Shown piece by piece: positions 35,016 through 45,002 of a DNA stretch of 64,000 nt. Positions within the stretch are counted from its first letter, which is position 1; each line of letters opens with the position of its first letter. Origin of the DNA: Chloroflexota bacterium (lineage in GTDB: Bacteria; Chloroflexota; UBA11872); NCBI GenBank assembly GCA_965219705.1, contig OZ244789.1, forward strand, positions 2,221,627 through 2,285,626, given 5' to 3'. The notes under the pieces were generated by a model. That model was given only the letters and a program-made list of their open reading frames with translations, made no database searches and had not been told where the DNA came from. Position numbers and translations under genes: made by a program.

Positions 35016-35834
35016 CTACGGCTGATGTGCCGGTGGGAGGAGATGCCGCGCCAGCGGCTTGACCGCGTCGGGTAGGGCGCGGTAGACGGCAGGCGAGAGG
35101 TCGTCAACCGCAAACAGGTGGCTGTTCTCGTCGTACTCCGACGAGCTTGGCCGGACGAAATTCAAGTTGAGCCACCAGGCGGCAAAGCGGACCACCACCG
35201 CGACGCGTGTGTCCCGGCTCGTGTTGGCGGCGCTGGCGTGCCACAAGCGGCTGTCGCACACGGCAACCGTACCGGCCTTCCCGATGAGCTGCGTCTCACC
35301 TGCGAGGGCCTCCATCGGGTCTCCGTGTCCGGCCCCGTCGCGCGGGTGATCCCCCACGCGGTGGCTTCGGGGCATGACGTGGGTGGCGCCATTGTCGGCG
35401 CGGAAGTCGCTCAACATCCAGAACGTGGTCAAATGCAGCGGCACGTCAGGATAGGGCGCTGGAATGTGCGAAGGAAGACCCTGGTCATAGGGCCAATCCG
35501 CATGCAACCGCGCCCGTTGAGCGCCGGGAGGCGTTACAAATCCGGTGAAGAAGGAAATCCGATTGCGAGGTCCGAGGGCTGCGTCAATGACACTGCGGAA
35601 GCGTTCGTCGACCAGATAGGGCGCCAGCGTCTGGTTGAACCGCAGCAGGTTGCCGACCTTGCCCCCTCTGACCGCCGCGGGATCTTTGGGCGGTTGACTG
35701 TCGTTATGACGCATGACATCGGCGCGGACACTGTCACGGATGCGGCCGACTTCCGCGGCAGGGATCACGTTATCGATGTAGCAATATCCGCGTTCGTGCA
35801 GCTCGTTCACGGGGGACACCTCTTCGATTTCCAT
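35016..35834 (-). CDS. phytanoyl-CoA dioxygenase (PhyH) family Fe(II)/2-oxoglutarate oxygenase
   Basis: HADWPYD (HxD) ... RLWHASAANTS (distal His plus Arg) motifs typical of PhyH. Confidence 0.65.
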   Translation of the reverse strand: MEIEEVSPVNELHERGYCYIDNVIPAAEVGRIRDSVRADVMRHNDSQPPKDPAAVRGGKVGNLLRFNQTLAPYLVDERFRSVIDAALGPRNRISFFTGFVTPPGAQRARLHADWPYDQGLPSHIPAPYPDVPLHLTTFWMLSDFRADNGATHVMPRSHRVGDHPRDGAGHGDPMEALAGETQLIGKAGTVAVCDSRLWHASAANTSRDTRVAVVVRFAAWWLNLNFVRPSSSEYDENSHLFAVDDLSPAVYRALPDAVKPLARHLLPPAHQP

Positions 35835-36058
35835 GATGGCGGACGCTTCTACAGTTCGTGGGCGAATTTTCCCAAACCGCGGTATTTCGATCAATCGCGC
35901 CGGCGAAGCGGTGCGGCCTGGAACTCTATCCGCTCAGGGACCGCAGGCCGATAACCTGGCCGGGCACCTGCCCGTTCGGTCGAATCTTCGTGGGTGCGAC
36001 GACCGTCAGGGCCGCTGACGCGGGTGAGCCCGACCGACCGTCAGGACCGCTACCCAGC

Positions 36059-36817
36059 TCACCGGCCGCTACCGGGCGCGCCCCAGTCGATGGCCTGCTG
36101 CGCGATCATCGGTATCTCGGTGAGAAAGCGATAGCAACGCCCTGTTGGCCCGTCGTCGTCAAGCGAAGCGAGCCACAGCGCCGTGGGGACGGACGCTGCG
36201 GCCGGGGTGTCGGCGGTGGGATTCATGGCGGTCCGCACCGAACCCGGGCTCATGGCGTTCACCAGGACGTTGTGTTCCCGACCTTCCTTCGCCATCACGG
36301 CAGTCAGCGCGTTGACGGCGGCCTTCGATGACGCATATGCCCCGCCGGTGGGACCACAGATGAGCGCGGCGCCTGACGAGACGTTCACGATGCGTCCGTA
36401 GCGGCGTTCGACCATGTGCGGCATGACCGCATGACAGCAGGAATAGAGCCCGAGCACGTTCACGGCAAACACTTCGCCGAACGACGCCGTTGCGACATCG
36501 GCCACGAGGCCGACCGCTGAGTTGACGCCGGCGTTGTTGCACAGCACATCGATGCGCCCAAGCTCGGCCACTACGCGTTTCACGATATCGGCAACCGCCG
36601 CATCGTCCGTGACGTCCATGCGATAGGCGGAACAACTTCCGCCTTCCGCGCGAATCTCGCCGGCGAGTTGCTCCAGTTGCCCTGTATGGCGTGCTGTCGC
36701 GACGACGTGAGCGCCGGCCTTGGCATAGCCGAGCGCAATCTCACGCCCGATGCCGCGGCTTGCGCCTGTGACGAGCGCGACTCGGTTTGCAAGCTCCACG
36801 ATCATGCTCCTCGGCAA
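36059..36817 (-). CDS. SDR family oxidoreductase (FabG-like)
   Basis: VALVTGASRGIGREIA (TGxxxGxG), NNAG, YASSKAA (YxxxK) motifs. Confidence 0.85.
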   Translation of the reverse strand: MPRSMIVELANRVALVTGASRGIGREIALGYAKAGAHVVATARHTGQLEQLAGEIRAEGGSCSAYRMDVTDDAAVADIVKRVVAELGRIDVLCNNAGVNSAVGLVADVATASFGEVFAVNVLGLYSCCHAVMPHMVERRYGRIVNVSSGAALICGPTGGAYASSKAAVNALTAVMAKEGREHNVLVNAMSPGSVRTAMNPTADTPAAASVPTALWLASLDDDGPTGRCYRFLTEIPMIAQQAIDWGAPGSGR

Positions 36818-37002
36818 CGATTAGGCCGCAGCTTAGCCGACATCGCGTGCACAGGTGCGCCTCTGGTATTGCGGAACTCGTAGAACGCAGGGAGCCGCCG
36901 CAATCTCCTGAGATTTCCATGCATCGTGTTCCCCGCCGCGCCCGCCCCGCATCGAAAGGGGCCCTGGGTGCATGCCTCCCACGGGCCTGGCCCTGATCTC
37001 CG

Positions 37003-37905
37003 CTACCCCTTCAACGCCCCGATCGTGATCCCGCGCAGGAAATAGCGTTGGGCTGCAAAGAACACGGCGAACATGGGCACGGCCGCAACGGCCGCCCCCG
37101 CCATGAGCAGTCCGTAGTCCCTGGAGAGATTGTGCATGCTGGCGAACAACTCCAGTCCGTACGGCAGCGTGCGGAGCTCGGTTGTGCTGATGATGACCAC
37201 GGGCCATAGGAATGCATTCCACGATCCAATGAACATAAAGATGCCCAGCACCGCCAGAACCGGCTTGGACATCGGCAGCACGATCTGCCAGAACACGCGG
37301 ATTTCACCCGCTCCATCAACGCGTGCGGCGTCCAGGATCTCGGTTGGCAACGTCTGCATTCCCTGCTTGATGAGGAAGATTGCGAATGGACTCCCCAGCC
37401 ATGGGAGGATAAGGCCGAAATATGTATCGTCGAATCCCCACCGCACCATCAGCTCAAACAGCGGTAGTAGTTTAACCTCGAATGGAATGGTGATGGTTGC
37501 AATCGTAAGCCAGAACAACACTCGCCGACCGGGGAAATCCCGTTTGGCGAACGCGTAGCCAGCCGTTGCCGAGGATAGGACGACTAGTACGGTAATCGCA
37601 GTCGATGCAATCGATGAATTGAGCAACCAGCGAAACATGCGACCGTCTTCGATGAGCAGCTCAAAGTTCCGCAGCGTGCCTGGGTTCGGCCAGAAGTCCG
37701 GCGGAATGGCCTCCACGCCGATCTGCGTCTTGAAGGCCGTCACCAGCATCCAGTAAATGGGCAACAGCATGATCAATGCCCAGATGGTCAGGATGCCGTA
37801 GGTCAAGAGGTTGGCGGCGAGTGGGCGTGACCAGCTTAGGCTTCCCACCGCAGCGGCAACGTTGTTCAATCGACCTCGAGCTGCGCGCTCTATGTTTGTC
37901 GCCAT
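37003..37905 (-). CDS. carbohydrate ABC transporter permease (MalG/UgpE-like)
   Basis: Six TM helices; EAA loop ILDAARVDGAGEIRVFWQIVLP. Confidence 0.85.
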   Translation of the reverse strand: MATNIERAARGRLNNVAAAVGSLSWSRPLAANLLTYGILTIWALIMLLPIYWMLVTAFKTQIGVEAIPPDFWPNPGTLRNFELLIEDGRMFRWLLNSSIASTAITVLVVLSSATAGYAFAKRDFPGRRVLFWLTIATITIPFEVKLLPLFELMVRWGFDDTYFGLILPWLGSPFAIFLIKQGMQTLPTEILDAARVDGAGEIRVFWQIVLPMSKPVLAVLGIFMFIGSWNAFLWPVVIISTTELRTLPYGLELFASMHNLSRDYGLLMAGAAVAAVPMFAVFFAAQRYFLRGITIGALKG

Positions 37906-37906
37906 C

Positions 37907-38821
37907 TTAGTACTCGAAGTCGCTGCGCAGCGCGCGGTACTGAATACCTGCGATGATAACGAGGATTACCAAGAGAACGACCGCCATAGCGCTCGCTGAA
38001 CCGAACTGAAGGAATTCAAAGGCCCGGCTGTAGATGTAATACGAAATTGTCGATGTAGCGTGTGCCGGACCACCACGAGTCATCAGCAGGACTGGGCCGA
38101 AGACCTGAAATGAACTGATGGTGAGAATGATGGTGAGATATACGATCGTGGGCTTTACCAATGGAATGGTGACGTGCCAGAACTCGTGCCAGACATTGGC
38201 GCCATCAATACGGGCGCTTTCGTAAAGCTCCTTTGGAATGCCGCCCATCGCGGCCGTAGTCAAGATGATGCCCGCGCCAGCGCCGGTAGCTATCTCCATG
38301 ATGACGAGGGACCAGAGCGCGATGTGTGGATTGGCCAGCCAGATCACCGGCTCCATTCCGACCAATGAGAGAAGGTAGTTGAGCAAGCCGATGCCGGGCT
38401 CATAGAGCCACTTCCAAACCAATGCAATGACGGCGACGGAAGCGACGGATGGCAGGTAGAAGGCGCTCTTGAAAAACGTCTGAAAGATGCTGCGGCGCAA
38501 GCGGACGATGAGCTGGGCAAGCACGAGGATCATGAGGAGAAGTGGGGGCACCGTGCCGAGCGTATAGAACGCGGAGTTGATGAGCGATCGGTAGAAGACC
38601 TTGTCGTTGAAGGCCTTTTCGAAATTCTCAAAGCCGACCCAGTCAACAGACGCGGTGCGAAAGTCGATTTCACCGAACCCGAGCATCACCGAGCGGGCGA
38701 TCGGGTAAACCCAAAAGATGAAGAGGGCGATGACGGCAGGTCCAATGAATACGTAGGACCAGAGGATGTGCCGCGTTGATGACCGAGCTGCGTATTTGCG
38801 CGATGAGGCAATGATGCTCAC
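37907..38821 (-). CDS. carbohydrate ABC transporter permease (MalF/UgpA-like)
   Basis: EAA loop YESARIDGANVWHEFWHVTIP. 1-bp gap to the downstream permease. Confidence 0.85.
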   Translation of the reverse strand: MSIIASSRKYAARSSTRHILWSYVFIGPAVIALFIFWVYPIARSVMLGFGEIDFRTASVDWVGFENFEKAFNDKVFYRSLINSAFYTLGTVPPLLLMILVLAQLIVRLRRSIFQTFFKSAFYLPSVASVAVIALVWKWLYEPGIGLLNYLLSLVGMEPVIWLANPHIALWSLVIMEIATGAGAGIILTTAAMGGIPKELYESARIDGANVWHEFWHVTIPLVKPTIVYLTIILTISSFQVFGPVLLMTRGGPAHATSTISYYIYSRAFEFLQFGSASAMAVVLLVILVIIAGIQYRALRSDFEY

Positions 38822-38990
38822 GGGCGGCCTAGTGCTCCCGAGGTATGCGGTGGTGCATCGGACCGGATATTTCGAGCAACTCTCACAGGATCGGCAGTGT
38901 CTGAGGTTCGGCTGAGGAGCTTCGGACGACCATAACTCAGAGACGGCGGTGCGCGGCAGGCACGCACCGCCGTCTCGTCATGAGCCGGTG

Positions 38991-40538
38991 CTACTCTTCC
39001 GCTTCCTCGTAGAGGTCGTCGAGAAGCAGCTGGCCTTCGGCCGCGGCATCGTTGAGCGCCTGTTCGGGTGAGGCCTGATCCGTCATGACCGCCTGGTACA
39101 TGGGCGTGTTGACCGCGCGCAGTGCAAAGTATCCAGGCTGCAAGACATCGATGGCGGTGTACTTGCCCATGCGGCGCATGAAGTCCATGTATGGGTTGCC
39201 CGCGAATAGGTCACCCACCGATCGGCGAGTGGGCAGGTTATTCGTCGCCAGCGCCGGTATGCGTTGATTTTCGGTGTTGCTCAAAAAGCGCACCCACTCG
39301 ACAGTGGCCTGAAGACGGTTGTCGTCTTCCCATTGCCACAAGGCGTGCATTTGGCTCAAGCTGAACTGGTGGCCCGAGTTGTCGCCTTCGAACGGATAGT
39401 TCATCGGGTAAACGTCAATTTCGTCGGCGCTCGCCTGGCCTTCGGCGATCCAATCCGTGTACCTCTGGCCTGAGCCGTGGTGGCCTTGGACGAACGCCGT
39501 CTGGCGGCGAATGAACTTCTGCTCGGTATCACCCCAACCCAGCGTGGGCGAATCGGGACTGATGAGGCCCTCGTGGAACATGTCCGAGAGATAGGTCATC
39601 CCCGTGACGCCCTCCGGGCTGTTGAAGGTGTATTGGCGGCCGGAGCCTGACATCATCTTGGCGCCGCGCCCCCACAGGAACGAGTGCCGATAGTAGTCAC
39701 CAGATCCTTCGCTCATGTTGAAGGAAATTGCGTGGCGGCCTGCATCAGGGTCGGTTACGGCGCGGCAGGCCTCGAGAAACTGCTCGTAGCTCCAATTCCG
39801 ATCGCCCTCGGTCGGGAGCAGGTCGGCGGCTCCGGCCTCCTCGAAGAGGCGGCGATTGGAAACGAGCGAAGTGCCCGTCACAAACTGCGGGATTCCGTAG
39901 CGCTTTCCGAGCACCTCACCCTGCTCAAGACCCAAGAAGTCGTCCAGGTCGTCCTGACTGAGAAAGCGGTCAACCGGCTCCAGGAATCCTTCCAGGGCGT
40001 ACCGACGGATGTTCGTCGACCCATCCTGGATCGTGTCCGGGTGCGCAGCTCCGGTGGCCGCTGATATCGCGATCTTGTTCCGATAGTCGTCCCACGGGAA
40101 CATCGCGAAGTTGACCGTGATCTGCGGAAACTGCTTCTGAAACTCGCCGACGATGTACTTCATGTAGTCATCTTCAGCGCCGGACGCCGCTTCCTCGCCT
40201 CGCCCAGTCACGCCTTTCCAATACGGCGGGGTCCAGGTAAGGATGGTCGTGTCAGGCAGCTGCGGCGCCACTTCTTGCACGACGATCTTCTCGACCTGGA
40301 CTTCCTGAGTTACGACGCGCTCAACCTCGACTTCCTTGATGACCTCCTGAGTTACGACCCTGTCAACCGGGACCTCTTTGATCACTTCTTTCGTGACGAT
40401 CACCTCTTGCGTGATGATCTTCTCGACGACTTCGGCCTCGCCGCATGCGGCGAGGATCGTGGCCGCCGCGGTGGCACCGCCGATCAGGAATCCGGCCTGT
40501 AGGAGGCTCCGCCTCGACATCGCGCGCGAATTACGCAT
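38991..40538 (-). CDS. ABC transporter extracellular solute-binding protein (family 1, sugar) with Tat/lipoprotein signal and repetitive tether
   Basis: MRNSRAMSRRSLLQAGFLIGGATAAATILAACGE signal, then about 70 aa of (V/I)TQEV(I/Q)VEK-type repeats, then the SBP_bac_1 body. Start chosen at the Tat-signal Met. Confidence 0.75.
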   Translation of the reverse strand: MRNSRAMSRRSLLQAGFLIGGATAAATILAACGEAEVVEKIITQEVIVTKEVIKEVPVDRVVTQEVIKEVEVERVVTQEVQVEKIVVQEVAPQLPDTTILTWTPPYWKGVTGRGEEAASGAEDDYMKYIVGEFQKQFPQITVNFAMFPWDDYRNKIAISAATGAAHPDTIQDGSTNIRRYALEGFLEPVDRFLSQDDLDDFLGLEQGEVLGKRYGIPQFVTGTSLVSNRRLFEEAGAADLLPTEGDRNWSYEQFLEACRAVTDPDAGRHAISFNMSEGSGDYYRHSFLWGRGAKMMSGSGRQYTFNSPEGVTGMTYLSDMFHEGLISPDSPTLGWGDTEQKFIRRQTAFVQGHHGSGQRYTDWIAEGQASADEIDVYPMNYPFEGDNSGHQFSLSQMHALWQWEDDNRLQATVEWVRFLSNTENQRIPALATNNLPTRRSVGDLFAGNPYMDFMRRMGKYTAIDVLQPGYFALRAVNTPMYQAVMTDQASPEQALNDAAAEGQLLLDDLYEEAEE

Positions 40539-40756
40539 CTCTATCTCCTCCCAAAACGAAGGCTTCGCACGGTAGCGAGGGCCTCCACTCTTTAGAACGC
40601 GACTGTACCACAACTATTCGGTGCCGATTTATATATCGGATAGCGGCCGTCGCGCAGCGGCCTGCCAGCTGTCGCTGGCATGGCACTGTCTCGCAGCTAT
40701 GCGGCGGAACGCGGAGGAGAGGTCTTTGCCCGACCGCTTGGCCGAGAGTGCTTGGG

Positions 40757-43408
40757 CTAGGGTCGGCCGTGGTCGGGCGCCGTGGCGAGGTCGAAGGTGT
40801 GCCGACCGCCCGGCAGCCGACACTGGATGGCGTCCGCCCGCACCGTGATGCCGTGCGCCGAGGATCGTTGCGCATCGCCGAGATCGATCGCCGTCTCGTT
40901 ATGCCGCAGGTGTGAGCCGCTCGTGCGCGTCCAGTCGAGAATGAGGTCGGCGTTGATGGTCTGCGGCACAGCGGCGGTTAGGCTCAGGCGCCCGCCCGCC
41001 CGGCTCCACTCGACCTCGATATTGCCCTTGGGTGTTGGAACCACCCCGCGCGCCCAGTCCAAGTCGGCAGTCTGGGGGTGGATGCGGCACGTCTTGAACC
41101 CCGGACCCGTCGGCGTCACCCCCAGGATGCGCGACACGAGGAGGTAGCCGATCAACGTTCCGCCGGTGTGAACCAGGCTGAGCAGTGGCTTCGGTTGCAC
41201 GAGGTTTACGGTTGTGCGCTCGGCGGCCTCGGCCTCCGTCGTGATGCGCAGGCCGCCGGTGAAGGGGTCCCACAGCTCCCACATGGTGGGAGCATCGGAG
41301 GCCTCCAGCATGGTCTTGAAGCGTGCTCGCGTGAGGTCGAGGGCGGCTTGCGCATGGCCGCGTGCAAACAGCCCGTCCGCGACATACCCGAACCAGAGCG
41401 GCGATGCGCGCAACAGGTCTGGTTCAGGGGCCGCCAGGCGGGCCGCGATTCCGGAAGCCTGCTCATCCGAGGCGATGCCATAGAGCAGCGCGAACCCATT
41501 GGTGAGCTCGCTGGTCACGTCAGATGCGCGTCCCTCCCGATAGGAATCGGCAAACAGCGAGCGTGCTTCGTTCCAATGGAGCGCGCGGAGCGCTGCCCTA
41601 ATGTGGGCGGCGCCGCCCCGCCATCGTTCGGCGTCGCGCGCCGCGCCCATTTCGTCGGCGAGCCAGGCAGCGTCCTCCAGGCCCTTGACGTACAGCGCGT
41701 TGGTGATGAAGCTCGTTCCGCGAAAATCATTGGGCACCCAGTCAATGGTGTTCTGGAGCGGCAGATCGCGCAGGAGCCCCGATGCATCCCGGTGCGGCTC
41801 AAACCAGTCGATTTGGGCGACCACGCTGGGATAGAGCTCCTCGACGACCCACCGCCTACCGGTGAACAAATAGTGGTCGCGAACCCGACTGCTCCACTGC
41901 AGCTGAAACTGTGGATGGACGCCTCGGGTGGGGTTGTTCGGCGGGTACACCATCTGCAGCATCCCATCGCCCCGACCGCTGAGCGGCGCCATGCGCAAAT
42001 ACCGATCCGCCAGCGGCAGGTCGCCGTATGTCGCGAAGAGCATGTAGAGACCGTGCCCGCCGTCCCCGGTCGGCCACGGGACTCGCTCCCGGTAGGCGTC
42101 GCAGACCAACGTGTCCTCCATGTGCAGATATGTTGTATCCACACAGGCCCGCCAAAGTTTCGATAACATTGCATCTGAACAATTGACGTTTCCCCGCTCA
42201 TCAGCCGGATATACATACTCATTAACCGAGACCGACTCGATGGTCAATGGTTGGTAATTGCTGCGCACCGTCAACTGGAGATAGCGAAACTGCTTATACT
42301 CTGACACTTCCCATGTCTGATGGCCATCCCGCGCGATGTATCGGTCACCGTAGCGTACGGCCGGTGGAATCCGTCCGGCCTGTATTTGTTGCCCGTACGT
42401 CATGTCAAGTATGGCTCCCCTTTGCGCCCGCATTCGGACGCGTGGAAAGCCGAACACCTGGCGACCGAAGTCAAGGAGAATGTAAGGAGCTCGCAGGCCT
42501 TTGCCCTCAACGAACCGGCTCTGAAACGTAGCCACGGCATCGCCGCCATGCAAGAGTTCGTCCACATCCACCATGCTCGAATGCTCGTGTGGAAAGTGAG
42601 GTTCCGCGCCCATCAATTCGGGAATGTCGACCTGCCCGGGAAGTCCGAGATCGATGAGTTCGCCGGCTTCAATGACACGGACAGGAAAACGGGTTCGTTC
42701 CAAGAGCATGGGAAGCTCACGGGCTTCGAGCAAAAACCATTCCAAGTCGCTTGTGGGCAGCTCCCATGCGCGCTCCCAGTCCGAGTCATCGAAGCTGACG
42801 CTCATCCAGTGGCTGGGATCGACGTTGGCATTGAAGACCTCAGTGCTGCCGAGCAGTGAGTTGATCAACCGCACGGATCGATTCCATGCCTGGGCTGGGC
42901 GAAGCCTCCACGTGTCATCGCTTCCGACCACCGTCTTCGATCCTGAGGCCGCCGTGACGTCGAGTTGGACCCACAGGCCGGCTCGCTCGCCAATCGAGTA
43001 GCTGCCTCCCGTCCAGCTTCCCCATCCTTCTCCGAGGAGCGGAGATTCGTAGAAGTACTGCGTCACCGCGCGGGGCTCGCCTCGAGCCGGCATGCCGTAG
43101 TGGTACGCGCGCACGCCGATGACGTTTGCACCTTTCTGAAGACTCGCGGCCACGTCGTACGTGTCGTAGCTCTTCCGTCGTGGATCGCTGCGGGCCGGGC
43201 CGCGCCCTAGATATCGTCCGTTGACGTATAGGACATAGCGATCTGAAGCCGTGATGTGCAGTAGCGCTGACGTTGGTTTATCGTCGAGGATGAAGGTCTT
43301 CCGCGCGTACAGAAAAAAATGGTATGGCTTCGCTTCACCCGTGCACCAAATCCATTGACCATCCCATTGGCGTACGGACTTCTGCGGCGGGCGCGAATTG
43401 GAACTCAT
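40757..43408 (-). CDS. alpha-L-rhamnosidase, glycoside hydrolase family 78
   Basis: About 880 aa. N-terminal WIW...YVNGRYLGRGP (Bac_rhamnosid N-domain), central six-hairpin catalytic region with WELWDP-type motifs, C-terminal beta-sandwich. Confidence 0.8.
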   Translation of the reverse strand: MSSNSRPPQKSVRQWDGQWIWCTGEAKPYHFFLYARKTFILDDKPTSALLHITASDRYVLYVNGRYLGRGPARSDPRRKSYDTYDVAASLQKGANVIGVRAYHYGMPARGEPRAVTQYFYESPLLGEGWGSWTGGSYSIGERAGLWVQLDVTAASGSKTVVGSDDTWRLRPAQAWNRSVRLINSLLGSTEVFNANVDPSHWMSVSFDDSDWERAWELPTSDLEWFLLEARELPMLLERTRFPVRVIEAGELIDLGLPGQVDIPELMGAEPHFPHEHSSMVDVDELLHGGDAVATFQSRFVEGKGLRAPYILLDFGRQVFGFPRVRMRAQRGAILDMTYGQQIQAGRIPPAVRYGDRYIARDGHQTWEVSEYKQFRYLQLTVRSNYQPLTIESVSVNEYVYPADERGNVNCSDAMLSKLWRACVDTTYLHMEDTLVCDAYRERVPWPTGDGGHGLYMLFATYGDLPLADRYLRMAPLSGRGDGMLQMVYPPNNPTRGVHPQFQLQWSSRVRDHYLFTGRRWVVEELYPSVVAQIDWFEPHRDASGLLRDLPLQNTIDWVPNDFRGTSFITNALYVKGLEDAAWLADEMGAARDAERWRGGAAHIRAALRALHWNEARSLFADSYREGRASDVTSELTNGFALLYGIASDEQASGIAARLAAPEPDLLRASPLWFGYVADGLFARGHAQAALDLTRARFKTMLEASDAPTMWELWDPFTGGLRITTEAEAAERTTVNLVQPKPLLSLVHTGGTLIGYLLVSRILGVTPTGPGFKTCRIHPQTADLDWARGVVPTPKGNIEVEWSRAGGRLSLTAAVPQTINADLILDWTRTSGSHLRHNETAIDLGDAQRSSAHGITVRADAIQCRLPGGRHTFDLATAPDHGRP

Positions 43409-43843
43409 GATGGCGTCACCATATTGCTTCGTGCATTTTCCGGTTCCCAAGAATATCGCTAAGCGCCGTCGACCGAGAAACTGCGGTGAGGGTTAGCGAG
43501 CTTGATCACTGGCTCGTCTCGGCTGCGCACCGCGCATATAGCTGGGACCATGTTCCATGGGAGCGACCGGCGATGTCAACTCTGATCGGACGAAGGATGT
43601 CGGCGTGCTCGTGGGTTTCGGAGCCTGACGCTGCCGGCCCTGCCGACTGTTTCCACGTTGACGAATCGTGGCCTGTTAGTTAACGTTCTTGCGGGCCGGT
43701 TTGGAGGCGGGCGCTCGGGCTCGACGCGAGGTCGCCATGCGCAGCCGGATCGGCGAGGTAAGGAACGGCTTTTGCCGAACAGTTCTGTCCTTGCCTGACA
43801 CCGCGGCGCTGCTGCGGCATCGGCAGGGCGGGGAGCTTGCTGT

Positions 43844-44944
43844 ATGGCCAGCGTCACGCTCGACCGCGTCTCGAAACGTTTTGGCGATGTTGTCGCCGTC
43901 GATGACGTGTCTATCGAGGTTCAGGATCGGGAGTTTCTCGTGCTTGTCGGGCCCTCGGGCTGCGGCAAGTCCACCACGCTGCGCATGGTCGCGGGACTCG
44001 AGGAGCTGACCGGGGGCTCCATCTATATCGCCGACCGCCTGGTGAATGACGTGCCGCCCAAGGACCGCGACATCGCCATGGTGTTTCAGAGCTACGCCCT
44101 GTATCCCCACATGAGCGTCTACGACAACCTGGCGTTCGGGTTGAAGCTGCGCAAGACGCCCAAGGCCGAGATTCGGCGGCGGGTGGCCGAGGCCGCCGAC
44201 ATGCTGAACATCAGCGAGCTGCTGGAGCGGAAGCCGCGCGCGCTGTCCGGCGGACAGCGGCAGCGCGTGGCGGTCGGACGGGCCATCGTGCGCGACCCCG
44301 CCGTGTTCCTGATGGATGAGCCGCTGTCCAACCTGGACGCCAAGCTGCGCGTGCAGACGCGGGCTGAGCTGATCCGCCTGCACGAGCGCTTGCAGGCCAC
44401 GGTGATCTACGTGACGCACGATCAGATGGAAGCCATGACGATGGGGTCGCGCATCGCGGTGCTGCGCGACGGCGTCTTGCAGCAGCTCGGACCGCCGCAG
44501 GACGTCTACGCCTCGCCCAGCAACGTGTTCGTCGGCGGCTTCATCGGCAGCCCGGCCATGAATTTCTTCGACGCGCACATCTCGGGTGAGGGCGGCTTGT
44601 GGGTGGAGACGGAGACCTTGCGCGTCGCCGTGCCGCCGGATCGGCGCGAGGCCGTCGCACCGCACGTCGGCAAAGACGTCATCTTCGGTATTCGTCCGGA
44701 GAACATCGCCGACCCGCAATTCTCGGCGGGCGGCGCGAAGGGCGAGATGACCATCACCGCGACGGTCGATGTCATGGAGCCGCTTGGCAGCGAGGTCATC
44801 CTCTACATGCTCGCGGGCTCCGACTCGTTCGTCGCCCGCGTCGACCCCCGCACCGTGGCGCAGGCCAATCAGTCATTCGAGCTCGCCTTCGAGATGGACC
44901 GCATGCACCTGTTCGACCGGGCGACGCAGGAGGCGATTGCGTAG
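43844..44944 (+). CDS. ABC sugar transporter ATP-binding protein, MalK/UgpC/MsmK type
   Basis: Walker A GPSGCGKST, Q-loop, signature LSGGQRQR, Walker B FLMDEPLSNLD, C-terminal TOBE/MalK regulatory domain. Confidence 0.9.
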   Translation: MASVTLDRVSKRFGDVVAVDDVSIEVQDREFLVLVGPSGCGKSTTLRMVAGLEELTGGSIYIADRLVNDVPPKDRDIAMVFQSYALYPHMSVYDNLAFGLKLRKTPKAEIRRRVAEAADMLNISELLERKPRALSGGQRQRVAVGRAIVRDPAVFLMDEPLSNLDAKLRVQTRAELIRLHERLQATVIYVTHDQMEAMTMGSRIAVLRDGVLQQLGPPQDVYASPSNVFVGGFIGSPAMNFFDAHISGEGGLWVETETLRVAVPPDRREAVAPHVGKDVIFGIRPENIADPQFSAGGAKGEMTITATVDVMEPLGSEVILYMLAGSDSFVARVDPRTVAQANQSFELAFEMDRMHLFDRATQEAIA

Positions 44945-44990
44945 CGGCTCGAATGTCGGGACGGAGCATTCGGTTCGCGCGTTTCGCGCG
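44642..44990. repeat. direct repeat copy 1 (3' 300 bp of the MalK-type gene plus about 45 bp downstream)
   Basis: About 85-90% identical to 47092..47440. Confidence 0.7.
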
Positions 44991-45002
44991 GGTCGGCGCG
45001 AC

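Noticed and set aside
41078-42166. 362-aa plus-strand ORF antisense to the GH78 rhamnosidase
   Set aside because: The rhamnosidase motifs are on the minus strand.
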